Made by a program: the position numbers and the translations under genes | The notes under the pieces: model-generated | What the model was told of the DNA's origin: nothing | What the model saw: only the letters and a program-made list of their open reading frames with translations | The model's database searches: none | Assembly (NCBI GenBank): GCA_028023455.1 | Contig: JAQFVV010000005.1 | Span: 18,476,001-18,540,000, forward strand | DNA: 64,000 nucleotides | Reading direction: 5' to 3' | From: Epiperipatus broadwayi | Lineage: Eukaryota; Animalia; Onychophora | Part shown: piece by piece, positions 51,667 to 64,000 of the stretch | How the letters are laid out: the number at the start of each line of letters is the position of its first letter | How positions within the stretch are numbered: position 1 is the first letter of the stretch

Positions 51667-51860
51667 GTATTCTTTCCAAAATATATGTAATATTCAAAAT
51701 ATTCATATAATTTAATTTATTTTATTAAAAGTACTTTCGACAAAGATTAAAAGGAATATAGTCGAAAGTACATCTAAGAAAATAAGTTAAATTATATGAA
51801 TATTACTGTATTTAATATATATAAATTTGAATATTATCTATAAATATACAAAGAATACAT
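51667..51860. repeat. Foldback relic with PLE-type GTC-GAAA-GTAC-T half-hammerhead
   Basis: gtactttcgac (51731-51741) / gtcgaaagtac (51761-51771). Flanking arms 51698-51724 / 51779-51804, plus outer arms. Confidence 0.65.
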
Positions 51861-52249
51861 TTGAAAAAAGGTTTAAAAATAAGTAATAGAAAAAAAACTA
51901 TGGATGATCTTAAAAAAAAGTAATTGTGAAATGTTTAAAGAGCAAAACAATAGAGAAGAGAATTAATTGATTAGAGATAGAATGCTAAGGACTTATAAGA
52001 ATCTAATATTTTTTCTAATATTAAAATAAATTAGTCTTTTAATGGAATCAATCACAATAAAAATAATGTAAATATGGGAACAGAATCGATTACAGAAAAA
52101 ATAATTTAAATATTGAAACATTATTTTAAAAAATCAGTGACACAATTAACTTTTTTATACTTACACTACTATTAGATTTTTATTTTATTTATTTACTGTG
52201 CAGGGTTTTTAATACAGTTTACCTATTAACAAGATATCATAAAGGGACC

Positions 52250-53000
52250 TGTAAAGTTAAACCTTTCAGAAAGCCCATTATATCTATAGATTTGATATGT
52301 CATTAACTATGTAATTCGTGAATTTGGGTTGATACATGGGTTACTGACTGTTTACTTCATTCTGAAGAAATGAGTTTAATGACCATGTATTGTTATGAAT
52401 CTGTTGATGAGACTAGAAAGATCAAATCCATCTGATTTTATTCTTTGATCTGGAAAAAAAGGTTGTGTGGAATCTCAAAAGAAATTCATTTTTTGCTCTA
52501 TAATTCTTTAGTAGCTTAAAGAGATTCTTGTTAAATGATCACAAAGAGAATTTTGATTCAAAATAAGTCTTAATAATGAAACTATATCTTGAGTTAATGA
52601 CACAACTTCTCAACTATACACATTTTTTATGAGACAACTTCCAAGAAATAAAACAGAACAAAAAATATTACATTTCCTCTATATAACCACTGCATAAATT
52701 CAAATACATTTTATAGCTATGAGCAGACTCATGACGTCAATAGTTTTAAGATCATTATCAGTAATGGCTTTAATTGATTTTCATCAGTTTCTAAACAAAA
52801 ATTCCTGCACTGTAGCTAGCACCTTATTTTCAACATTTATCATTAAGTAATGCTTCCCACATTCACAGCTGTTGTACAAGAAAATGCCATATTTGAGAAG
52901 ATTTCTGGAGACCTACACTTTTAAAGCTTTTGACTGACAATGACACAAACCTGTGTAATTTAGGGTTATCCCTATATTAAATCTCAACTTGCTATCTTGT
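52250..53000 (-). mobile_element. Possible decayed piggyBac-type transposase fragment (related fragment at about 11650-11760)
   Basis: Minus strand RNLLKYGIFLY (KPxKYGIK-like). a(a/t)tatatcttgagttaatg is shared with 11.7 kb. Confidence 0.35.
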
Positions 53001-56000
53001 CACTTTTGGTGCTTGGCTATCACATGATCTCACAAAACTAATCATTTGATTATTTTTGACCCTGTTTGTTTTGATTTAGTGGTAGAATAAAGGTCTCAAT
53101 AGCTAAAGTTCACAGTCTAAAGTTCAATTTATCACTTTTGGGCCTCAGAGGTTATATGACCTTCAAACAATTAATCACTTGATTTTTTTATGCCAACTCT
53201 CAATATTTCTGAACACTTATAATCATTTGCAAATATAGCATAAAATATTTGACCATGGTAACATTTGACATTTAAAATTACATAATCATCAGATCAGTAC
53301 AGAATCCTGGCAAGTTAGCTCAGTCGGAGAATGGTGGGCTCAAAAATTAAATATTACTGGATTGATTCTCATCTGAATAAAAAAATAATAATAATTTGAT
53401 CAATTAAATGGAATCTAACACTTGAATGTTCAAATGTCATTTGATCTCTGATGCATCTAACTATATTGTCATTATTATGATTTATGTCATTTAATAATAA
53501 AAGATACCAATAAAGAAAATATTTGATCAAAGGGTTCAAATGAAGTTTGGGCACTGGAAATGACAGAGTAATCATACAGTGGATCTTAACTCTATAATCT
53601 GTTATTATTGCACTAAATCAAGCAAGAAATATATATAGAAAAAGACACCATTTTAATAGATTTACATAACATTAATTAAAGATTAAACTATTCCATATAT
53701 ATATTATTAATGTTTTTTTTTAAAAAAAAAAATTAAAAATAATCATTTATATTCTTTCAAACCTAAAGTTAATACCGTCATATTATCTAATGTGCTTTTA
53801 TAAAAGATAATACTGTGTTAAATGTTGATAAATTATACCCAGTGACAAATACAAAAAAATACGTTTTTTGACTCCAAAAAGTCTTCACAGAGTATATTTT
53901 ATACATACATATAAATAGGTATAAGCACGACTAATGAATCAACTATTTGTAAAATTTTCTAATCATTACATAATCTCCCTCCCCTCTATTTGTCAGAAAG
54001 ATTATATCTAAGATAGTTCAAATAATTTAAAATTAAACATATGCAAATTACTTGTCAAGAAAATCTTTTTCTTATAATTAGTTTTTCAGATATCAGAAGT
54101 TACTTACTGCGTAGAGCCTGGCGATCTGCTTCTCAAATGTTAACCTTTCTCTGGCCGAATGACGTATGATTTTTTCCAATTCCAACTTGTCTTGATAAAT
54201 CTTTCCATTCTATAATATATACAAATATAATATTCGTTTATTTTAGTATAATTAGTTTATATACTGTATATAGATATATATTCATTTTCTTTTCCTCCCT
54301 TCTACTCTTTTCCTCTTTTTCTTCCCCCTCTTTCCACTTCCTGTCTTCTCTTTCTTTCCCTCTCTCATCTCCCCTCTCTACCTTTAGAAGATTGATAAGC
54401 TGAGAGATTAGATATATATGTACGTATGAAAGAAGATACTTCAGTTTAACTTTCGTTTAAAATTATCTATAATAATAATAATAATATGTAGATAGTGTGT
54501 ATATATTTATGAAAATTAGTATCTTCTTAACGAGAGAATAAAAACAACAAAAAGTTATTAAAACATTTATCTGTAGTATAATTTACATCACATTATAATC
54601 ATATTACTGTTTGTCAGCAAAATTAATACATGGAATCTTCATTCTCCAATTAGGAACAGCTAGACACTCATTTACTGACTAATAATTGGATGGATAGTTG
54701 GGTTGCTTATGGACAACTACTGAAAATTATTTTTTTATAATTTATATCTGAAGCACAGCTATGAGTAATATAATAGATTGGGCAGGCAATGTATTAATCA
54801 CCATATAATTTGCCTTTTAAAATAAATAATATTTACTAAGGCTGTAAACCTTAAGAATATGCTCCGTGAAAATGCGAAGGTAGAGACATCTACAGGTCTT
54901 AACCACAAGCTTATGCTTTGGAAGAAAAGAAAATCCATAATAATTTTTTTCGATTAATTATTGATTAACCTAGTGAATAACATTTTTTCTAAAGAGAAGC
55001 ACTTGAGGAGCTTCCATTTCTTTCTTCCAATTATGTCAAGCATACTTTTATCACAATTTTAACAAATGAATTGCCTTGCTTGGTTTAATACAGTAGTTGA
55101 GTGTCATATTCTGGAATATAAGATCGAATGATTCCAGTTCTGGCACTTCCAGCATTTGAATTTCTTCTAAACTCCCAAGCAATAAAGCCATTCATTTATT
55201 ATTTATTATTTTATAAATGAATTCAACTCTGTTCTCTTTATCTTTGTGACTGTATTTTAATTATTGAGAAATGTTTTGATTATACCAGATAAATGTCATC
55301 AGTTAGATACTTTGTGATATTCTGTACTAATCAAAATCGTGGATTCGTTCAACAAGATCTAGAATTCAATGAAATGTACAGCAATCTAGCACTTGCGAGA
55401 AACACAGGTCTGGAACAATATTAAACATTAACCAATTTACATGTGTTCCAAAGTCTATGACTATATGAGCAACGTTTTTGAGGATACTAACAAGCTTTCC
55501 ATTACTCCAGTCCAGGCAAAGAGAACAGGGCGAGCAAAGAGGCTTAAGATCAATACTACTAAAATGATTGACTAATAACCACAAATAAATATAACAATTA
55601 CAGAATGCTTTGACTATAACTATGATTTGGCCATTATAAAAAAGAAAAAATTATCAAGAAATAGTTGGATAATTTGAAATTAATAATTTCTTAAATCATT
55701 CACTTAATGATAATAATAAGTAATTTATGACTTATCAATGAATTAAACAATGGTACAGACTATTGCCCAATGATATTTAATAATCATGGCAGTAATAATA
55801 TTCAAGGCAACATGAAACAAATGGGAGTCTAACTGATAATAATTAATGATATTTCATTAATTAGGGGGAGAGGTAGTATAATTAAATTAAATGGTTAACG
55901 CTAGAGATTCGGGCAATGAATAGCAAAATACTTTAACACAGATAAATGATATAACATAAATTTATTAAACAATTAAATACAGTAATTTGATAATTATAAA

Positions 56001-59000
56001 TGAAATATATATATATCCATACAATCATTATTACAAGTTTGCTTATCGTCTACTCTGCAATTGTGCGTCTCGGCAGATTAATTAAATAAATTATTTGGAA
56101 GTCACATAAATAAAACAAATATTGGAATAATACATAATTGTGCGGTAATACATGAAATTTGGTTGGTGCAGTTAATACCCATGATTATGGAATAAATGAA
56201 TCAGATACACAATAATAAATTATAGCTTAATCCTCGTATAACAGATTGATAGTGTGTGATTTTAAGAGCATGCGTGATCACATTTCTACTAGATTTGGGA
56301 GATCACCCCTAATGGGTGGGAGCAAGATGGTTCAACCTAAAACAAAACTGTAATTACATAATCGGAACTAAATAACTAAATAGAATGCGTGGCAAAAAGC
56401 ATACAATTATGTCTTACAGATAGCATTGCAGGTTTATCAATAAAATAATAAAGGTGGTATTACGTTATAATTTATAATCACCTACATGGATGAGGTCACT
56501 TAAGACACACTGGATGGCTTTGTCAGATTTGCTAAAAAGTGAAAATATGCCTGCATTATGGCCAAGAACATATCTCTGAAAAGTAGTGGCACAAGCTAGC
56601 ATGCTGGGATGGTTTACCCATATTTCCATACACTTATCCATCAGAAGTACCTGAAATAGATACCTAGTAGGAAAACATCTACCTAGTGAGAGATAATGAG
56701 GAATGGGTCAAGGCATTCCAAAGATCATGGCAAAGCAAGAAAATCAATGAATTAAATGAATGCAATGATACCTTCATAACACCTAACATATGGATAATTT
56801 ATGTCCAAGAACAACTATGATAAACTAATTATTACTTGTTTAATACAGTATGCTATCTAACGCAATGGAATGCATAAACACAAACAAAATATAAAAAGGA
56901 TTAGAATCTAAAAACTAAAGGGGAATAGATTGCTTTCTCCCACACTTCTAAAATATCTCCCTACATTTCTATAATTATAATATACGTGCAATTTGATGTA
57001 TTAATTATATAGAATAAAACAACAGATCACACACCGATAATACCTTGAATATTAAACTCATTTGTGGTAGATTTTACTTAAATAAATTGGCAAAACATAT
57101 TTCAATGATTAGCTAAGGATTTAAATTATAGTTAGCGAGGGTAGCTGGGTACCGACATTAACGCTTTACATGTCATTTAAATAGTAAATAGTATCGTGAA
57201 ATAATTGGTATAAAACCAAGAAGTCTTTTAGGATAATTAACTTGCAAGCAGCATTTATGTCTCCAACAATTCAATAGGGGAAAACTATGAGCAGTAGAGT
57301 TTAAGCTTACTCGCTGGGTTGGATACCAACTTGGCATATTAAAAATAGATCAAAATAACAAACTAAAAGAGAAATAAATTTCACTCTAAATTGCTGCACC
57401 AAATTTAACACAAGATTAATACAGTCTTAAATTAAACTGTATAAACATTATTTAACATTTTACAGAATCGATTTGGAGAAATAAATAACAGAAAGCATAC
57501 AAATATAGTTTTCAAGTAAAATGCTAAGTTAATAAAGAGTTCACTGGTTGATGGCAATGTAGACATTTACTTGTCCAACTTGTTGACATGAAACAGGTGA
57601 TCCATGGATCATGATCATATACTGATTTTGCTGGAAATATATTGGTTAATAATTAAAGTTCACATTCAGGCAAGCATTTTCTTCGAACAGTTGTTTCAGG
57701 CTTCGGCATCATGAGTGGAAAGATGAGAGTCCCAGGGGCATGGGGAAGCAAACAGTCATTTCCTTTACCCCAACATAATTTAGTTCATAAATTAAATTAG
57801 CATGGATTATGTTAGCACTCAAACATAAAATTTAGAAGAAAAAAAAAGATAATGATAGCCAAAATTTCAGCTATTTATACATAATGTGAATATCTAAAGA
57901 ATGCTGTTATCGGTACCTTGAGGCATAATATTTTATTCACTTCACATCATATCTAGAAAACAGGGCATTATCTTTTGTTTCTGTTACATTTTTTTAGATG
58001 TTAAATCAGATTAATTTTCACCAGTCATTATCTCAAATTCAGTATACTTGGTAGTAGATTTTAAATTGACCTACATTTCCATATAGGGTAATGGAAAGAC
58101 GATCAATTAGCCAAGTAAAATTTAATTAAATAATCTTTTGTTCCTAAAATACGACACTGACCCACCAAAATCACCAGACTTAACGATTACATTGTGATTC
58201 GTAAATATCCATTTTGCTTCATATAAATTACTAGTAAAATGTATTTAAAATATACATAAGATTATTGATTTGTTCTACACATACACGAATTAAATGGGCA
58301 AAATAAACCAAATTTTCTTGATAATTTATCAAAATTAAATGTCTATTTAATCTCCCATAAAATATTTATATTTCAGTAGAGATCCATTCAGATTCATGTA
58401 CATATATATATGCTATCACCTATGGCTAGATGATGGTGATAACCACATATAGATTGGGTTCAAACCCGTGCTAGTTGTTATATAATGAGCAACAGGTGAA
58501 ACATAAAGATGTATAACAATATTTACAGCTTCAATATTAAACCATTTTTTTTACTGAATCAGAAATTTAATAAAAATAATACATATTTTATTGATTTAAA
58601 AAAGCTCTTAAGCAAAGCTGAAATCATTACAAAACAAGTGAATAAATTTTTAAAAAGTCTTATTAAATAAATGCATTTATTATGAATTATATTATTTTGA
58701 ATTATTAAATTTCAGTAGTAGAGAGGCTATACATGATTACAATAATCATATAGTTCATTGTTCAGGAGATCATATCACATACGAACACAGACCAGTTACA
58801 TGTACATGTGCTTCAAATGGTAGAAATGCCATCAATTTATTAATGTTCAAAGTGCATATTTTTAAACATCAAAAGATAAACCACAAAGTTTTCACTTCCA
58901 TAAAAAAATTAGTGCTAGTAAAGTTTGTATTACAGCTATAAGGTAGCACTTACTATTCATATATCAATAATGGAGTGAAAAATCTAATTGATAAGTTTCA

Positions 59001-59216
59001 TATTTATCTTTAAAAATCAAAAACAAAAAAAAATATGAAAATAATACAGTTAAAAACTTAAAAATAATGCATTTATCAATTAAACCAATGTACAATAATT
59101 ACAAACCAAATACATTCAATAAGTGTAATAAATACAACTTCATAAAAAATTTAATTACAAATATAAAAGTCCATGAATTAAATAATAAGTAAGGATTTAG
59201 CAAGCACAACAATATA

Positions 59217-59776
59217 TTATTTTATATAGCACTATGTTTTTATACTGTAATAGTCATATTAATGATTAAGCCAATGCACATGCGCTTTAAAGATAAATTA
59301 TAAATGAATACTCTCACTTTTCCAGACACAAGATATAGTTTTTTAGAAAAAATGGAATGAATTCACCCATCCTTTTGACCCAAACATTTATAATTTATCT
59401 TTAAAGTGCATGTGCATTGGCTTAATCGCTGATATCACTATTACAGTATAAAAACATAGCGCTATAAAAAATAATATCTCATTATATATATTTAATTTCA
59501 ACTAAAGAATGACATATCGTAAATTGTAAAAATTTCACAAGCGTCATTTGTTCAAGCATAATAAATGTAATTTAAAGTGATTGCTTAACATCTTCACGCT
59601 CTCATTTCCACATGCTTAAGATTTGCCAATACATAAATGTTTGGGTTGAAAGGATGGGTGGATTCATTCCATCTTTTCTAAAAAAAACTATATCTTGTGT
59701 CTGGAAAAGTGAGAGTATTCATTTATAATTTATTTTTAAAGCACGTGTGCATTGGCTTAATCCCTAATATCAATTA
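59217..59776. mobile_element. Family 3-related foldback element: tail, inverted arm and 335-nt permuted unit
   Basis: catttataatttat at 59385 and 59720. 59265-59390 is inverted at about 59633-59762. Perfect 16-bp TSD caagcacaacaatata at 59201-59216 / 59777-59792. Confidence 0.88.
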
Positions 59777-59895
59777 CAAGCACAACAATATAAAAAATAA
59801 ACCATGTAATCCATATTAAAGTAACTGTTGGCAATAAATCCATAAATTAAATTCCAAAAATATGTGCATATATATATAAAAGAAAAACATATGTC

Positions 59896-60090
59896 ATAAA
59901 AATATTTGAAATGCCCCATAGTTATATTATTGCAGCTGCACACCTCCTTTAAATAAAGAAAGTTCAAGTTTAATTTTTATCGTAGAAAATAAAAAAAGTT
60001 CAAGTTTTAGTGCTAAAATTTGAACTTTCTTTATATAAAGGGAAAGTGTGGCTAAAATAACATAGCTATGGGGCACTTCAAATATTTTAT
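59896..60090. repeat. Foldback element with internal direct repeat
   Basis: aaaatatttgaaatgccccatagttat..aaagaaagttcaa / ttgaactttcttt..atagctatggggcacttcaaatatttt. aaagttcaagttt occurs twice at the centre. Confidence 0.75.
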
Positions 60091-60954
60091 ATTGAATTCA
60101 TCTAGTCCTTATGCATTGTTTTTTTTTCTTATGTCACAATAAGTATACAGTTATCTCTGTAAATAAACATTTTTGTATTGTTAATTAATTTCATGATTAA
60201 GGTTCAAATACTCATTGTTATAAATGCCAGAGAGAATGAAAAGTATGGGCTCACACAGGTAAAAATGTACATGTAAAACAATAACTATATGAAGTGTAAC
60301 CATGGAAGTAAATATTAAGATGAAGGATATACATTAATGAATAGCTTTTTTTGGACTCAATCAACTTCTTTATAAATTACATAGCTTATTTTTTTTACTG
60401 TTGTATTGTTAAAATCTTATTTATATTAATCTGCAGATTGATTTTGTAATTTAATTTCTTACGGAATCACATTTGCCTTCATTGATAATTAAATTTCTTA
60501 TGGAATTCTTTTAATGATCATACTTATTGAATGTATTTGTTTTTAATCATTGTGCATTGATTTGGTTGCTAAATATATTTTTTATGTCTTTTTAAAAATA
60601 TATATTATTTTCTTTTTTTGTTTGTTTGTTTGTTTGTTTTTGATTTTTTAAGAAAAATATGAAACTTATCGTTTTTTTCTTTGCTTTACTGGATTTGGGT
60701 GGTGACTCCATCCTGCATGTCGAGCCTTCAAAATTTTTAAAAACAATAAATTCAATTTTTTTAAAAACAATAAATCAAAAAATTTAAATTCAAAATCACA
60801 AAGAACTCACTAAATTTGATGTAATATCTAAATCTGAAAAATAAACATATAGTGATATAACTCAATTAAATTACTTCTTTCCTTAATTTGAATATAAAAA
60901 TTAATAGTGAATGTACACTATTTTGGAAAGATTATAAATATTTAAAAAAATTAC

Positions 60955-61480
60955 AGCTTAGCACTGCTTTCAACCAGGCTGGTCTATTCATAGAATAATA
61001 TAAGTTTATATAAATAGAATTTATAAGTTAAATAATTTATATATACCATTTATGTGTTAATGCAATGCACGAGTCTTTCTTGTTTATCGCATTGATGTTA
61101 TTTGCAATAAACCACGCCTCTCTATATTTTCTGTTTCAATCATTGCACTCGGTACAAATGACCTTAATATTAAGTATCAAAATTGTGGCCAGACTCGATT
61201 TCATGTTCTAAAAATATAGATTTAATACTGGGGTCTGTTTTAGCATGTTTATATATATATATTTGTGTTGTGCTAATCTTGTAGCACTGTTGGCATGAGA
61301 CTCACTATAATGAATTGCATTACATGTTGGTTCATTACATTTAATTTTATAATTTATTTGGAGGGTTTGGTTTGTAGATAATTTATCTTTAATAATGTTC
61401 AACAATTGATTAACATTAGGAGGGATTCTAAAACTAATACTGAATTCGTTTGAGCAGATTGTTTTCAACTTTTTAGATAT
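60955..61480 (-). mobile_element. PLE 3' relic (GIY-YIG) with decayed A3-U8 hammerhead
   Basis: IIKDKLS..YKIKCNEPTCNAIHYSE..ATRLAQH, then HEIESGHNFD..EAWFIANNINAINKKDSC, then ATGAATA-GACC-agcct-GGTT-GAAA at 60968-60991. Confidence 0.78.
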
Positions 61481-61979
61481 ATGTGGTACAAAAATTATAA
61501 ATTAAATATAAATTATGCAAGTTTCTTAATAAATTTATAATCTTTTTCAGAATAATATACCTTCACTATTAATTTTTATAAACATATAATGATGGTTATG
61601 AAATACTCAGATTCTGAAAAATAAAAATGAAATTAATTTTTTTTTATTTAATTAAGTCAAAAATAACTTGCTAAAATATACCTCAAAAATTAGCCAAATC
61701 TCAAAAAGTAAACCTCAAATCATTTATATCCAAAATAAATCCTAATACTATTAAAACATGTAAATTAGTATAATAGATAGTCAAAAAGTTTTAAACCTTA
61801 AAGAAATATCTACTTATATTGTAACTATTAAAAATTTGTTGCAATAAATGCAGAGTAATAATAGAATGATTTAAATTATAATTATACTAAAAACAAATGC
61901 TAAAAAAATTAATGTTGAATTGTTTTTGTTTTTTTTTAAAAAAAGAGAGAAAATAAAAGTTAACAGTAGTGAAAGAGAA

Positions 61980-62257
61980 CAAAGGCAAAACTCTCCATAT
62001 AGTAGTGCCACCCTGTGCCAAACAGAGTAATCAATGGATGCCAGAAGGATTATCCAAGGCTCCTCACTGATGATGGCCACAAGCCAGAAACTAGTCTGGG
62101 GATATTGGATGAGTAGGCACTAGATAGGGATTTTATGCACAGGCCTTCTGGCATCCATTGTTACTCTGTTTAGCACAGGTAGCACTACTATATGGAGAGT
62201 TTTGCCTTTGTTTACAACAATTATGTGCTACTATAGAGATGGTGATCATGTGATGTT
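61980..62257. mobile_element. Family 1 foldback element with intact hammerhead
   Basis: Arms about 61980-62048 / 62142-62212, tail to 62257. Perfect 13-bp TSD tagtgaaagagaa at 61967-61979 / 62258-62270. Confidence 0.9.
62061..62102 (+). ncRNA. Minimal type I hammerhead ribozyme (family 1)
   Basis: TCCTCA-CTGATGA-TGGC-cacaa-GCCA-GAAA-CTAG-TC-TGGGGA. 6-bp stem I (one G-U), 4-bp stem II, intact core, palindromic ACTAGT stem III, GUC triplet (cleavage after 62096). Confidence 0.85.
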
Positions 62258-64000
62258 TAGTGAAAGAGAAAAAAATAAATACTTATGAATGTATTAGTCA
62301 AATTATACATCTAGTCATAGAAGTAAGTTTGGATGGCATGTCTTCAGTAAAAATAACTTAAAAAACAATTATGGGTCAAAAATTAACATTTTTTTATTAA
62401 ATATATTTTGCCAATACTTAATTATAATTCTGAAAATTTAAAAATTTTAGTACTAGAAAAGATCAAATTCTGGGCTAGATATATTACTAGAAAAAAATGC
62501 AATAGTAAAAAACTTGAGATTAAAAAAACTAAATTAAATTTGGATAAAACTTCAATGTCCAGTTGACTGATATAGATCAAAAATCAAATTAATGTTAAAT
62601 AATTAATGTTTTATTGTCCAGGAAGTCACAAAAATTCGAGGATTGGAAGAGACAAAGAGGAACTAAGATTCATTGGACTAAACCATCAAAATCAAAAGTG
62701 GTGATGCAATATTTTATTGATAAAAATTAAATCTTTTAGTTATATATGTACTAGCTTTAGTTGCAGCACTTGTGTTTATAAAAAATTATCAAATTTAAAA
62801 AAAAAAAATCAAATCCCCCTCCCCCTCAAAAAAAAACAAACCATAGACTAAAAAACAAACTTTTCAAATTTATATATATAAAATACAAGGGTAAACAATA
62901 AATGATTAAAAAAATACTAGTAAATTATGCACAATAGAGCTATCTTTAATTTTAATATGCCTGCATTATTTATTTTAGAGTATAGTCTTTATCCTGGTTG
63001 TTGAGTGCAAATCCTTTAATCCTTATTGAAATATTTGAATTATATTATAACACCTACTACTGGAATTCACTATATGCAGATCAATCCCTTAGATATGTTT
63101 TTTGTAAATTACTTACTTTTAAAAATAATAGCAATGTACAACATAAATTAACATTCAGTTCACTACAATATTTTAAATAATCCTTCAAGTATTTATTTTA
63201 TCAGTCTTATATATATTAATGTAAAATAATATTCATACAGAGTTTAAATATTGTTAAAATTTTATATTTAAACTCTGTATGAGTATTATTTTACATTAAC
63301 ATTTAATATGGTAGAGCATGGAAATATTATTATATATATGTATAAATTTGAATGTTTGTTTATTTGTTACATAATAACTCCACAAATATTGCCCTAATCT
63401 TCTTAATACACACAATTTCTTTTAGTAAAGTAATTAATATATTGATAATTTTTAGAATTGCTAGAAAATTATTTTTAGATGATGAAAAATTCCCTAGAGG
63501 TCACTGTGAGGACAAATTTTCAAATTCTATATCCATGACTTGGCTTGAATTTTTTTGTTCAAACAATTAAGTACCATAAAGCAATAAACCATAGTCCATG
63601 TAATTCTCCCAAAAAATGAGAAAATCATGCAAGATTCATTAAGACTGGTGCAATATTTATTGAGTTATTAAATAGCAAACAAATTTTCAAATTTATATAT
63701 GTAATAGATAAAAATATATTGTATATTAATCAGTTTTATATAAATAAAATTTCACTTGTATATAAAAACTTTTTATATTCAGAGTTTTATATACATATAA
63801 TCAAAAAAATGGTTTATATGCACATATATTATTTATAGTTCTTATTATCCCAATGCCTTTAGCAATTTTTTTTCCAATTTTGTTCTATACAAGTCATAAT
63901 CACATTTTTCCATTTTTGATATCACGTTATTACTTTCATTTATCTATATCATTTTCTCTTACAATATGCTTAGCCCATACATGCAATTAAGCTATTTATT

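Noticed and set aside
57571-57630. 60-nt in-frame minus-strand exon (QNQYMIMIHGSPVSCQQVGQ)
   Set aside because: Splice signals are plausible but common in AT-rich DNA; no homology or neighbouring exon support.
1-64000. CRISPR array, rRNA or prokaryotic operon
   Set aside because: No regularly spaced repeat-spacer array, no rRNA motifs, and very low coding density.

Overview
AT-rich eukaryotic (probably invertebrate/arthropod-like) non-coding DNA. No host protein-coding gene can be identified, and most of the interpretable sequence is retroelement debris. Protein-coding retroelements: a Penelope-like element (PLE; RT + GIY-YIG, 3.4-5.5 kb) nested in an RTE fragment, three more PLE 3' relics, three 5'-truncated copies of a young RTE LINE with (TGA)n tails, and a decayed L1/Tx1-type ORF2. 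There are also tRNA-derived SINEs. The main result is a set of small non-coding foldback elements. They are built from 335-456-nt units that appear circularly permuted or head-to-tail, carry a 5'-inverted arm and a short unpaired 3' tail, and are flanked by 12-16-bp target-site duplications (TSDs). Two related families carry minimal type I hammerhead ribozymes (HHRs) with palindromic stem III, in some copies on both strands. PLE relics in the same window carry a compensatory A3-U8 hammerhead core. My interpretation (inference) is a PLE-mobilised, retrozyme-like system. All alignments and folds were read by eye; novelty and activity need database searches and cleavage assays.
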